A stretch of 63,910 nucleotides of DNA, the filler included. It is 6 parts of 6 records of this genome, joined end to end, with 100 filler letters (N's around TTAATTAATTAA, not from the genome) between each part and the next. Parts side by side here need not be neighbours in the genome. Positions count along the whole stretch, not along the records: positions 52,349 to 58,572 come from SRR31147125_2655; positions 58,673 to 63,910 come from SRR31147125_2704; 4 more parts are not named here. One strand, 5' to 3'. How positions within the stretch are numbered: the first letter of the stretch is position 1; each line of letters opens with the position of its first letter. The translations under genes were made by a program, and so were the position numbers. The notes under the pieces are model-generated. The model was not told where the DNA came from. It ran no database searches and was given only the letters and a program-made list of their open reading frames with translations. Shown here in pieces: positions 53,332 through 62,691 of the stretch.

Positions 53332-53350
53332 GGCATTTGGAGGCGGGCGA

Positions 53351-54658
53351 ATGAATAAATTGATGGAATTATCGTTAAAGATTAACAATAATGATTATAT
53401 TATGGCAATAAGAGATGGTTTATTTAAAGTTATGCCAATAATAATTTTAAATGCCCTATTTTCGTTTTTTGTAAATTTGCTACAAAATGGTGGATTAACA
53501 GTGGAGTCTTCGAACGTGTTAGTTGCACTAATGAAGTTGAATACTTCTCTAAAGATAGCCGTTCCATATTTTTTCATATTTTTATTTTCGAAGAGTATTT
53601 ACTATATAAAGTATGATGAAAATAATACCGAAATAAGTTTTTTTGCAGTTATAGCTTTGTTATTGTTTTATGTGATGATAGAGAATGAGAATATACACTC
53701 AACAGGAACAGTTGGATTTTCAACATTGGTAATAGGGTATTTAAACTATAAAAGTTATGTTTTTATAAAAGGCTTAATACCTAAACTGTTAAGTGAAAGA
53801 ATGAACAACTTAGTTGAGTCCTCTTTTATTTTAGATTACTTATTGGTTGGAGTATTTCATTTTTTAATTTTAACAATGACTATGTTTATTTTTATATATT
53901 CGCATCGAGAATTTAGTATGGACTTGACAAGTAAGATGAAATTTGGAAATTCGCTAAAAGCTCCTCTGGAGTATAACTTAATGTTATTACTTCCTTGGCT
54001 ATTTGGGATAAATGGCTCACATTTAGTTAATTCTTCATATTTAAAGCTTTATTCAAATACTAGACAAAATATTGAGGCGTTTACAACTGGAATTGGAAGC
54101 TTCAACGTCATTGATGAAAGTTTTTATCATCTTTATGTTAATATTGGAGGAAGTGGTTCTACTCTTTGTCTTTTGATTGCAGTATTGTTTTGCAATGGAA
54201 ACAAGACGAGGAACCGAGAGTTTGCAAAACTATCCACTATTCCAGCAATATTTAATTTAAATGAAATTGTTATTTTTGGGCTCCCTATTATTGGAAATGT
54301 GTACTTGATTATTCCATTTATACTTGTTCCTATGCTGTTCACTGTTTTAACTTTTTTAGCTTTGCAGATTGAGCTAATTCCTACAGCGATAAATTATACA
54401 TCTTGGGTAACTCCTGTATTTATTAATGGAATCTTAAGTAGCAATGGAAACGTTAGAGTATTTTTATGGCAACTATTTTTAGTGGTAATTGGAAGTTATA
54501 TTTACTTTATTTTCATTAGGAAATATGAACTTGAGAGTTCTAATAGTTTACAGGTAGATGGTGATTATGATTTTAGAGATGAATTTTCACCAAGGTTTAA
54601 TCTAGGAACCGCTCATTTTAACCACATTGTTGATGTTTATGAAGCTAGAAAAAAATGA
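53351..54658 (+). CDS. PTS EIIC-like (cellobiose/lactose family) membrane domain
   Basis: MAIRDG, PWLFGING, VNIGGSGSTL, IPAIFNLNEIVIFGLPII.N, WVTPVF. Confidence 0.85.
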   Translation: MNKLMELSLKINNNDYIMAIRDGLFKVMPIIILNALFSFFVNLLQNGGLTVESSNVLVALMKLNTSLKIAVPYFFIFLFSKSIYYIKYDENNTEISFFAVIALLLFYVMIENENIHSTGTVGFSTLVIGYLNYKSYVFIKGLIPKLLSERMNNLVESSFILDYLLVGVFHFLILTMTMFIFIYSHREFSMDLTSKMKFGNSLKAPLEYNLMLLLPWLFGINGSHLVNSSYLKLYSNTRQNIEAFTTGIGSFNVIDESFYHLYVNIGGSGSTLCLLIAVLFCNGNKTRNREFAKLSTIPAIFNLNEIVIFGLPIIGNVYLIIPFILVPMLFTVLTFLALQIELIPTAINYTSWVTPVFINGILSSNGNVRVFLWQLFLVVIGSYIYFIFIRKYELESSNSLQVDGDYDFRDEFSPRFNLGTAHFNHIVDVYEARKK

Positions 54659-55392
54659 ATAACCTTATAAAAAAAGGAAACTTTATTTTATATTTTCAAC
54701 CTATAGTAGACATTGATAATAACAAGATATTGAAGCTGGAAACACTTGTAAGGATCGAACATTCGGAGTTAGGTATAGTTCCACCATTTTTTCTTGATTA
54801 TATGAAAAAACTAAATAAAATTAAAGAGATGGATTATTGGATAATTGATGAAGCGTTTAAATGTGGAGAGGAATTAACTGAGCAGAAGAGACCTTTTGAT
54901 TTGAGCATAAATGTTTCTGCAGAGACTTTTTTGGATGAAACATTTTATTTGAAAGTTGTAAAATTAATAAATAAATATAGCATTAGACCTGAAAATTTTA
55001 CTTTAGAATTAGTAGAAGAGATATGTTTGAATGATTTGGGACATGTAAAAGAGAAAATAAGAAATCTTCAAAACTATGGTTTTAAAGTTGCAATAGATGA
55101 TTTTGGAACAGGATATTCCAGTTTAAGTTATCTATTGGATCTGGAGGCAGATTATATAAAAATAGATAGAAAATTTGTTGAGAATTTGAAGTATGAAAAA
55201 GGAAAAAAAATAATGAAGAAAATTATAGATTTATGTAAATCACTTGATTGTAAAGTTATTGTTGAGGGTGTTGAAACTAAGGAAGAGCTTGAGATAGTCA
55301 GGGGCTTTGGAGCTTCCTTTATCCAAGGTTATTACTTCTTTAGACCAAGTGACATAAAAAAGACCTTAAATGCAATATCTGAAAAGATATAA
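54655..55392 (+). CDS. EAL-domain c-di-GMP phosphodiesterase
   Basis: FQPIVD, ETLVR (ExLxR), SINVS, DDFGTGYSS, IKIDR, EGVET, QGYYF. Confidence 0.9.
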   Translation: MNNLIKKGNFILYFQPIVDIDNNKILKLETLVRIEHSELGIVPPFFLDYMKKLNKIKEMDYWIIDEAFKCGEELTEQKRPFDLSINVSAETFLDETFYLKVVKLINKYSIRPENFTLELVEEICLNDLGHVKEKIRNLQNYGFKVAIDDFGTGYSSLSYLLDLEADYIKIDRKFVENLKYEKGKKIMKKIIDLCKSLDCKVIVEGVETKEELEIVRGFGASFIQGYYFFRPSDIKKTLNAISEKI

Positions 55393-55415
55393 ATCGATTA
55401 TATAAAATTTTAATA

Positions 55416-55453
55416 AGCTGGCTAAGTTACTTTTTAGTCAGCTATTTTCTTTT
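55416..55453 (+). terminator. Intrinsic terminator
   Basis: AGCTGGCTAA...TTAGTCAGCT plus T-rich tail. Confidence 0.65.
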
Positions 55454-55526
55454 TAATTTGTAGCTGATAAAAAAAATATTGTATAATAGATTAAGAATAA
55501 AGAACTAAGAATAAGGGGAGAGAAAT

Positions 55527-56537
55527 ATGGGGAGGAAAAGAGATGGTAAAGGATTTTATTCTATCAAGTGTGTGCTGCTATTTTTGTTTTGCTCACTTCT
55601 AACTATGGCACAAGACTACTCAACTCCAAAAGATGGAAATTTATATGTTGGATCTTTAGATGGATTTAAACCAAACAAGTTAAAAGTATATGAAGATAAT
55701 AAGGTTTTGCAAACTAAAAGCTTAAGTTTGCAAAATAATCGTATTCATAGCAACTATTTGAGATATGATGGAGTATCGAATGAGAATAAAACTCCCAATA
55801 CAGATATTGCTTGGGTAAATAATAAAATTTATGTAGTGCTAACAGGTGAAACAACCTCTTATGCTCATGGAATTTTAGGTGATGAAATCGAGTCAACTGG
55901 TTTTGAAGTATATAGCAACAAGCAATTAATAGCTAGGTATAGATTGCCAAAGGGAAGAGTGTTTGAAACACTTAGACCAACTATAGCTGATATAATTCCA
56001 TCAAACAAAGGTAAAGAGATAATCTTAACCTCTAGTAACCTAAGAGAAGGTTCGAGAGTAGAGGCTTACTCACTAAGTGGAGAGCTTTTAGGTGTTTCTA
56101 AACCAATTGGAAATGGATATCGGTGGTTGCATGTATTAGGAGTTGCACCGTTTGGAGAATCAGTTCAGGACTATTTAGCAATAGTTAAGACTCCGCATAT
56201 TGGAGGTACACTTGAATTATTAAAGTGGAATGGTGAATATCTAAGAACTGAGTTTGCGCTTGAGGGTGTTTCGAGCCACAAACTGGGATCGGATAATTTG
56301 AATATGGGATTATTAGTTAATGCAGATGGTTACCCCGATGCAGAGGTGATAGTACCATCATCGGATTATAGTCAGCTACTAGTGATAAAATATTTGGAGC
56401 AGGATGAGAGGCTAGAGGTAATCAATAGGATTAAACTACCAAGCATATTGACCACAAATTTATACTATGAAGCTGGAAATTCTCCTTCGTTGTGGCTTTC
56501 ATTGTTAAATGGTGATTTAGTGCAGGTTTATGAATAA
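55527..56537 (+). CDS. Secreted hypothetical protein with FG-GAP/VCBS-like repeats
   Basis: Signal peptide; HGILGD.IE, ADI.....KEIILT, TPHIGG and NADGYPDAEVIVP motifs; GGGGAG RBS. Confidence 0.65.
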   Translation: MGRKRDGKGFYSIKCVLLFLFCSLLTMAQDYSTPKDGNLYVGSLDGFKPNKLKVYEDNKVLQTKSLSLQNNRIHSNYLRYDGVSNENKTPNTDIAWVNNKIYVVLTGETTSYAHGILGDEIESTGFEVYSNKQLIARYRLPKGRVFETLRPTIADIIPSNKGKEIILTSSNLREGSRVEAYSLSGELLGVSKPIGNGYRWLHVLGVAPFGESVQDYLAIVKTPHIGGTLELLKWNGEYLRTEFALEGVSSHKLGSDNLNMGLLVNADGYPDAEVIVPSSDYSQLLVIKYLEQDERLEVINRIKLPSILTTNLYYEAGNSPSLWLSLLNGDLVQVYE

Positions 56538-56539
56538 AG

Positions 56540-56571
56540 AAAGGCGAGAATCAAATGTGATTCTCGCCTTT
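56540..56571. terminator. Bidirectional terminator
   Basis: AAAGGCGAGAATCA-AATG-TGATTCTCGCCTTT between convergent genes. Confidence 0.85.
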
Positions 56572-56574
56572 AGT

Positions 56575-57396
56575 TTATTTAGTGTCAATTCTTTCTCCGC
56601 AATGCGGGCAAACTTTTACTTTGTTTTCGTCATTTTCATCTTTTTTTGATAATGCTTCAATAAAACCTGAGCTAATAATACCAGTTGGAAGTGCAACGAT
56701 TCCTATTCCTAGTAAAGCGATAATACTTGCAGAGAGCTTACCAACTATTGTAATAGGATATACATCACCATAACCTACAGTTGTTAGAGTAGCAATTGCC
56801 CACCAAAGTGATGCAGCGATGTTTGGAAAAGCTTCGGGTTGAGCCTCTGATTCGAAGTAATACATGATAGTAGAGGACATTAGTAACATTAAACCAATAA
56901 CGAAAATGGTCGCAATTAACTCATCTTTTTTCTCACGTATGATGTCAACGATTAAGCCCAATGCTTTTGTATATCTATTTATTTTAAGAATTCTTAACAA
57001 TCTAAAAACTCTGAACAATCTAAGAAACCTTAAATCAACAACAATGAGCATTGGTAAATAAAATGGAAGTATCGCAAGCAGGTCAATTAATGCCATTGGG
57101 GAAAAAATATATTTCTGTATTGATTTTATTTTGCTAAATTTGCTATTAAATAATAAGTCAGAAGTCCATGCTCGGCTTAAATATTCTAAAGAGAAAATAA
57201 CAACTGAAAATACCTCAAAGGCTCTAAAAATAATATACCAATCTTGATATAGTGAGTTAAATGACTCAAGAACAATTGCTATCGAGTTTAGAACTATTAG
57301 AATCAACATGAAAGAATCAAAGTATTTACTAGCTTTATCTAAATTACTTGCTTTTTCTATTATTTCAAAAATTCTCTTCTTCGAAACAGTTGCCAT
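56575..57396 (-). CDS. Voltage-gated potassium channel-type ion transporter
   Basis: S4 helix RFLRLFRVFRLLRILK; filter TTVGYGD; C-terminal CPHCG. Confidence 0.92.
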   Translation of the reverse strand: MATVSKKRIFEIIEKASNLDKASKYFDSFMLILIVLNSIAIVLESFNSLYQDWYIIFRAFEVFSVVIFSLEYLSRAWTSDLLFNSKFSKIKSIQKYIFSPMALIDLLAILPFYLPMLIVVDLRFLRLFRVFRLLRILKINRYTKALGLIVDIIREKKDELIATIFVIGLMLLMSSTIMYYFESEAQPEAFPNIAASLWWAIATLTTVGYGDVYPITIVGKLSASIIALLGIGIVALPTGIISSGFIEALSKKDENDENKVKVCPHCGERIDTK

Positions 57397-57426
57397 GGTT
57401 CCCTCCTGATTTAGTTATTTCTATTT

Positions 57427-57870
57427 TTAAAATTCTTTTTTTAAATAGATCATATCAATGAGTTGCTTGCCATATTCAAAAATAGGGTGGTTATAATTAT
57501 CAACAAAGAAGTTTTTAACTTTATGCGATAGTTGGAAACCACATTTTTTATAGAATGACAAAATGATAGGGCTATCCCCTGTACCAACATACATAGTTTT
57601 ACATCTATCCTGATAATGATCGAATATGTGTTCTACTAGCTTTTGTCCGTAACCTCTACCTTGATATTTTTCATAAACAGCTATACTTTTTAATTCGTAA
57701 ACGCCTTCTTCTTCACGAGTAACAACGCAAGTACCAATTAATTCATCGTCATACAAAGCGAATAGGTCACCGTGTTCTAGGTATCTGTCTATCATATCTT
57801 CTTGTTCGTCGGCGAGTAAAAGGAGGTCTATGAATTTTTTCTTATTTGTTAAGATTAGTTTAATTTGCAT
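57427..57870 (-). CDS. GNAT family N-acetyltransferase
   Basis: LLLLADE, IAV.EKYQGRGYG, VGTG, FYKKCGF. Confidence 0.9.
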   Translation of the reverse strand: MQIKLILTNKKKFIDLLLLADEQEDMIDRYLEHGDLFALYDDELIGTCVVTREEEGVYELKSIAVYEKYQGRGYGQKLVEHIFDHYQDRCKTMYVGTGDSPIILSFYKKCGFQLSHKVKNFFVDNYNHPIFEYGKQLIDMIYLKKEF

Positions 57871-57895
57871 AAATTACTCCTCAATTAACTTTATA

Positions 57896-58441
57896 TTATT
57901 TAATCAAATCAGAGATTGTCTTTAAAGATTCAGCAGGAAAGGAAGTTTTTATTCCTACCATTTCTACTTGAATATTTCTTTTGTCCAGCTCCTCTTTTAG
58001 CATCTGCATGAAGACACCTTTACCGTTAACCTCTTCATTGTTAGCTGAGGTTGTATTTACTCCACAACTTGGAGAACGATTGATACCAATTATTCCTTCT
58101 ATCTTGAAATCATATTTTAAATACTCTTCAATTTGATAAATAGTGTTATTTACCAAGTTCACGATTTTCTCTGTTGTATTGGCTTTACTTAACTCTTCTC
58201 GAATTCTAGTGTTTTCGACTACAACATCTCTTGTACTACCTTCACTATCACCACGGTTAAGTCCTAGGCACATTAATTCAGGACATGGTAGTTGGATTAA
58301 ACCAACTTTTTCTTCGACTAATCTATTTACAACAGTTTCGAATGTTGCGAGAAAATCTGCTGTTCCGTCAGAAATTGCATTTTGATTAAGTATGCAATGT
58401 GAAATCAGAACGATTTTTTTACTTCTAGCATCTTTAAACAT
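57896..58441 (-). CDS. TudS/DUF523-related Fe-S desulfidase-like protein (CD3072-like)
   Basis: SHCILNQN, QLPCPE, RSPSCG and G.GVF motifs. Confidence 0.75.
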   Translation of the reverse strand: MFKDARSKKIVLISHCILNQNAISDGTADFLATFETVVNRLVEEKVGLIQLPCPELMCLGLNRGDSEGSTRDVVVENTRIREELSKANTTEKIVNLVNNTIYQIEEYLKYDFKIEGIIGINRSPSCGVNTTSANNEEVNGKGVFMQMLKEELDKRNIQVEMVGIKTSFPAESLKTISDLIK

Positions 58442-58572
58442 AATTCACCTCTTAGTTTGTTTCTTAATATTTTTTCCCGAATCAAGTAGTCTTTTCAAAT
58501 TTTTATCAAAATCGGATTCGATAGGTTATTTTTATTATACCGTAGTAAAGTATAGATTTTGTAAGTTTTTAA

Positions 58573-58672
58573 NNNNNNNNNNNNNNNNNNNNNNNNNNNN
58601 NNNNNNNNNNNNNNNNTTAATTAATTAANNNNNNNNNNNNNNNNNNNNNNNNNNNNNNNNNNNNNNNNNNNN
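58573..58672. other. Artificial contig spacer
   Basis: N-run with central TTAATTAATTAA. Confidence 0.97.
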
Positions 58673-58674
58673 GG

Positions 58675-59058
58675 AACCTTACTAAGGATTCTCAAACTAG
58701 AGTACGCTACGGCACTTCAAGTGAAAGCTCTGAGTGGCACCCTCATGATTCTCCATGGGAGAAGATACTGTATGAGGCATTACTTAAAAGAGGCGTAGAA
58801 GCAGAACCCCAACTCAAGGTCTCATCTAGAAGGCTTGATTTAGGGCTACAAAAGGGTAGTTGTAAAATAGACATCGAGGTAGATGGAAACTGTCATAGAA
58901 ATAGTGATGGTACTAGAAAAGAAGACGACATATACAGAGATATCCAGCTTCAAGGTTTAGGATGGAAGGTCATGAGGTATTGGGTCTATCAATTACGAGA
59001 AGATTTAGACAAATGTGTAGATGAAATAATAGAAGCTTGGAGGAATAATGGCAGATAA
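58675..59058 (+). CDS. C-terminal Vsr/DUF559-like endonuclease domain, 5'-truncated (often fused to SF1 helicases)
   Basis: Manual translation DSPWEKILYEAL...RLDLGL...IDIEVDGNCHR...RDIQLQGLGWKVMRYW; missed by the ORF track; stop overlaps the next gene. Confidence 0.82.
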   Translation, partial: NLTKDSQTRVRYGTSSESSEWHPHDSPWEKILYEALLKRGVEAEPQLKVSSRRLDLGLQKGSCKIDIEVDGNCHRNSDGTRKEDDIYRDIQLQGLGWKVMRYWVYQLREDLDKCVDEIIEAWRNNGR

Positions 59059-60694
59059 ACAAAGCAAACAGGACGCTAAAAAGGACAACAATGATTCAGT
59101 TTTATACAACCCTGATGAATACCCTGATAACGCCATAAACGACACATGGTTTCCACCGTTTTGGTTATATGGTATACTTATAATAATCATTATTATGCTG
59201 ATAGCTATTACCAGTGTAAAAGTAATAAATTTTGAAAAAGAAAGAGTCAGACTTGAAGAAGCACACCTGAAACTTGAAGAGAAAATTGATCTTTATGACG
59301 AATTGCTCAAAGAGTTACCAAAGCTTGAACAGGAAAAGAAGAATCGCACGGTAGCTCTTGCCGACTTGACAGGCCGGTGCAATGCAAAAGAAGCGACTCA
59401 TGAGACCCTTGCGATAAAACTCACCATTGAGGAAAAAAGATTGGAGAGTAACATTGCCAAGAGCAACAAACTCAAGAGTAGGCTGGAGGTGGCAAGAGAA
59501 GAGCTTTCGGCTATAAATACAACAGCAAGGAATAATCAAGAAAAACTTAGTCACCTCAAACAGCAGGTAAGCGACTCACAGGTACTGAAAGAAAGCTTGA
59601 TTGAAAGGGTTGATTTTCTTCGAGTTGAAAAGAGTAAACGACTAGCTGAGCTTGCAGGAATAAAAGAGATGATAAAGGGCAAGCAAGAGGTATTGGAAGC
59701 GATGAGTAACGATCACGGTATCTTCGGGTCGCTCGCAGAGAACTTTGAGGTGTTATTGACCAAATTTGCCATTCTGAAAGATAATATTACTCAGACCAAT
59801 AGTGATTTTAAAAGTAACATCACCGATATTACAGGACTTGCCAAAGATTATAAAGAGAGTATTAAAGAAACAGCTAATGCCAGTAGGCTCTCAGTAGCGG
59901 CCTCAAAGAGTATAGAAAGTAGTAGTATTGATGTCTCTGACTCAGCAAGTATGATCGCTAGCACAAATAAAATTACAGTGAAAGAGCTTTCGAGACTAAA
60001 CCAAGTCCTTATTGACGCTGGAGAAAAAGTTTCATCTCTAAATACAATTATCGAGAATATAACTTTGAAGGTAAATAATGATATCGAGCAACTGACCATT
60101 TCAGGCAGCAATCTCAAAGAGCTGGCAGGCGCCCTCACCGAGAGTAATGCCCTGATCGCTGAAGAGTTCAAAACCTTCAAGGATTATGTCAACTCTTTTG
60201 CTAGCGCAGTTCAGGGTGTAGATAATGAAAAGAACAGGATGGGAAGGATCATAAATGATCTAAGTAAAGTGGAATTGATGCTACAAAAGAATAACAATAT
60301 CATTGCAGATTTGAAAAAGTCCACAGGAAAGGTTGACAACATAGCCAAAGATTTTGATACCTCGCTAAAAAAGGTGAGCAATACTCTAGAGGAGTATACA
60401 AACTTCAATACTCAATTATTTGATATCGTAAAAGTAAGTAAGCGTAATAGTGGAGAATTAACGCATGCAGCGAATATGCAGAGTAATCTCGTCACTGAAA
60501 TGAGAGAACAACAAGTAGATTTCCAAAGTAATGAGCAGCAACAAATTCAAAATTTTAAGAACATATTAAAGGAGTTGCGTGAGACAGTAAAAGACATTGC
60601 TTTGATAAAAGATGATATACAAAAAATGCACACTGATTCTGAAACACCGAATAAACAGGTCGCAGCTTCTGACAATGTAAGAGAGGGAGAATAA
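59048..60694 (+). CDS. Single-TM long coiled-coil protein
   Basis: TM helix FWLYGILIIIIIMLIAI followed by ~480 aa of heptad-rich helix; overlaps both neighbours. Confidence 0.8.
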   Translation: MADKQSKQDAKKDNNDSVLYNPDEYPDNAINDTWFPPFWLYGILIIIIIMLIAITSVKVINFEKERVRLEEAHLKLEEKIDLYDELLKELPKLEQEKKNRTVALADLTGRCNAKEATHETLAIKLTIEEKRLESNIAKSNKLKSRLEVAREELSAINTTARNNQEKLSHLKQQVSDSQVLKESLIERVDFLRVEKSKRLAELAGIKEMIKGKQEVLEAMSNDHGIFGSLAENFEVLLTKFAILKDNITQTNSDFKSNITDITGLAKDYKESIKETANASRLSVAASKSIESSSIDVSDSASMIASTNKITVKELSRLNQVLIDAGEKVSSLNTIIENITLKVNNDIEQLTISGSNLKELAGALTESNALIAEEFKTFKDYVNSFASAVQGVDNEKNRMGRIINDLSKVELMLQKNNNIIADLKKSTGKVDNIAKDFDTSLKKVSNTLEEYTNFNTQLFDIVKVSKRNSGELTHAANMQSNLVTEMREQQVDFQSNEQQQIQNFKNILKELRETVKDIALIKDDIQKMHTDSETPNKQVAASDNVREGE

Positions 60695-62676
60695 TGGATA
60701 GTTTTAATAACTTGATGGCTTATATTGACAACGCACAGGTTAACAGCACCATATGGCTGATAATGGCTGGGACAATAATTGTCGTACTTTTTTGTATACT
60801 TGCACTTTGTAATTATCAAAGAAAGCGGTTTAGTAATGCTCTTAAAGATGAAACAAAAGTTAATACCTTAGGTGCAAAATACCAACAGTTAAAGACAGAA
60901 TGTGACCATGAATTTAAACACCTTAAAAGTATTCAGGCTGAGTTGACAAGGCTTGAGCCAGAAACAAAGGAACTTGAGGATATTCGTCTAGATTTGGATG
61001 AAAAGGAGAAAAAGCTAGCTGAAGCGAATAAAAGGATTGAGGAAGTTTACGAAGAAAACAACAAGCTTCGTGATGAAGCGAGAAATCTTGAAAACGAAAT
61101 AGCAGACAAAAAGTCCGAAATAGCAAGAATAAAGACTCAAGTAGGTGATCCTGATAAGATTAAACAGGAAGTAACAAAATTAAATAATGAACTAATGCCG
61201 CTGAGGATAGAATATGATAAGGTTAACTCAAAATTAAAAAAAGTTGCAGATGCTGAAGTGAAACTTACATCAATAGAAAGCAAGTGCCGCAGTGTAGAAG
61301 ATCAAGTTAGCAAATTAACCACTAATCGGGACAGCATAAACAAGGATTGTACATTGCTTGAGAAGAAGCGTGACAAACTAAAAGAAGAAACGGAAAAACT
61401 TCAAACCCAGAGAGACGATGCTCTACAACTATTAGAAAAGAATGCAAATGCCGATGCTGAAACAGGTCAAACAGATATAAAACAGGTATTTGGAGACCTC
61501 TTATCTGAGCCATCATGTTGTCGCAAAAATCAGTTTAAAGAATCTCGTGAAAATATTTCAGAAGCAGAACTGCTCAAGAAATTTAAAGAGAGTATGGATA
61601 GCAGAGGAACGATCTTCAATGAACGGGTAATAAATGCTTTCCACACCTCTTTAAAGTGTCAGGATATAAATCCTCTCACTGTCCTCGCTGGGGTGTCGGG
61701 TACAGGCAAGACCCTCCTGCCGATCCAGTATACAAAGTATATCGGGATGCATTCTCTAGTCATGCCAGTTCAACCTCGCTGGGACTCATCGCAGGATCTA
61801 TTCGGCTTTTATGACTACTTGCAAAAAAAGTACAATGCTACTGACCTTGCACGATGCTTACTTAGCTTTGATCCATATAATTCACAGAAACAGGAATGGA
61901 CAGAGAACAGAATGCTGCTTGTCCTATTAGATGAGATGAATTTGGCACGCACAGAATACTATTTCAGTGAATTCCTATCGAAACTAGAGTTGAGACGCAC
62001 TATAAGTAAATATGATCTAAAGAATAATGAATTAAGGGCAAGTGCAGAGATAGAGCTCGATGTTGGCGCAAACACAGGGGTCGACTTCAATAAAATTTGG
62101 GTTCATAAAAATATCCTTTTTGTCGGAACAATGAATGAAGACGAATCAACCCAGACCTTATCAGACAAAGTCCTCGATAGAGCTAATGTTCTGAGATTTA
62201 GCCGCCCAAGCACCAAAAGTTTTGCGCAAGCTTCAATATCTGAAGCAAGTAGCCTATTAAGTAGCGAGCAATACCTGGAGTTTGAAACATGGAGTAGTTG
62301 GCTAAGAAACCCAACAACTAATGATAAGTGGGATAATGATGTCAACGACTGGATAAATAAAATAAATGATGCACTCACAACGATAGGTCGCCCATTCGGT
62401 TACAGAGTAGGTAATGCAATAAAACAGTATGTTGCAAATTACCCGGGTGTAAACAGTCATGAAAACTACAAATATGCCTTCGCTGACCAATTAGAGCAGA
62501 AGATAATTCCAAAGCTTAGAGGAATAGAACTGGATGACACATCAAGTACTCAGTGTTTGAACACTATAGCAGATATTATTGAGAAATTAGATGATAACAA
62601 GTTGAGTCAGAGTTTCGAGGATGCAAAAGAGAGTAACGACCTTGGGTTATTTAATTGGCATGGTGTAACTAGATAG
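60694..62676 (+). CDS. McrB-family AAA+ GTPase with N-terminal TM helix and coiled coil
   Basis: Walker A GVSGTGKT, VQPRW, Walker B LVLLDEMNLAR.EYYFSEFLS, signature GTMNEDEST, KVLDRAN. Confidence 0.88.
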   Translation: MDSFNNLMAYIDNAQVNSTIWLIMAGTIIVVLFCILALCNYQRKRFSNALKDETKVNTLGAKYQQLKTECDHEFKHLKSIQAELTRLEPETKELEDIRLDLDEKEKKLAEANKRIEEVYEENNKLRDEARNLENEIADKKSEIARIKTQVGDPDKIKQEVTKLNNELMPLRIEYDKVNSKLKKVADAEVKLTSIESKCRSVEDQVSKLTTNRDSINKDCTLLEKKRDKLKEETEKLQTQRDDALQLLEKNANADAETGQTDIKQVFGDLLSEPSCCRKNQFKESRENISEAELLKKFKESMDSRGTIFNERVINAFHTSLKCQDINPLTVLAGVSGTGKTLLPIQYTKYIGMHSLVMPVQPRWDSSQDLFGFYDYLQKKYNATDLARCLLSFDPYNSQKQEWTENRMLLVLLDEMNLARTEYYFSEFLSKLELRRTISKYDLKNNELRASAEIELDVGANTGVDFNKIWVHKNILFVGTMNEDESTQTLSDKVLDRANVLRFSRPSTKSFAQASISEASSLLSSEQYLEFETWSSWLRNPTTNDKWDNDVNDWINKINDALTTIGRPFGYRVGNAIKQYVANYPGVNSHENYKYAFADQLEQKIIPKLRGIELDDTSSTQCLNTIADIIEKLDDNKLSQSFEDAKESNDLGLFNWHGVTR

Positions 62677-62691
62677 AATGGCTTTAGAATT

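Noticed and set aside
53330-53350. ORF-track start at 53330
   Set aside because: That ATG overlaps the -10 box; the SD supports 53351
9994-58672. Recurrent TTAATTAATTAA flanked by N-runs as a biological repeat
   Set aside because: It is an identical 100-nt all-frame-stop linker used to join contigs
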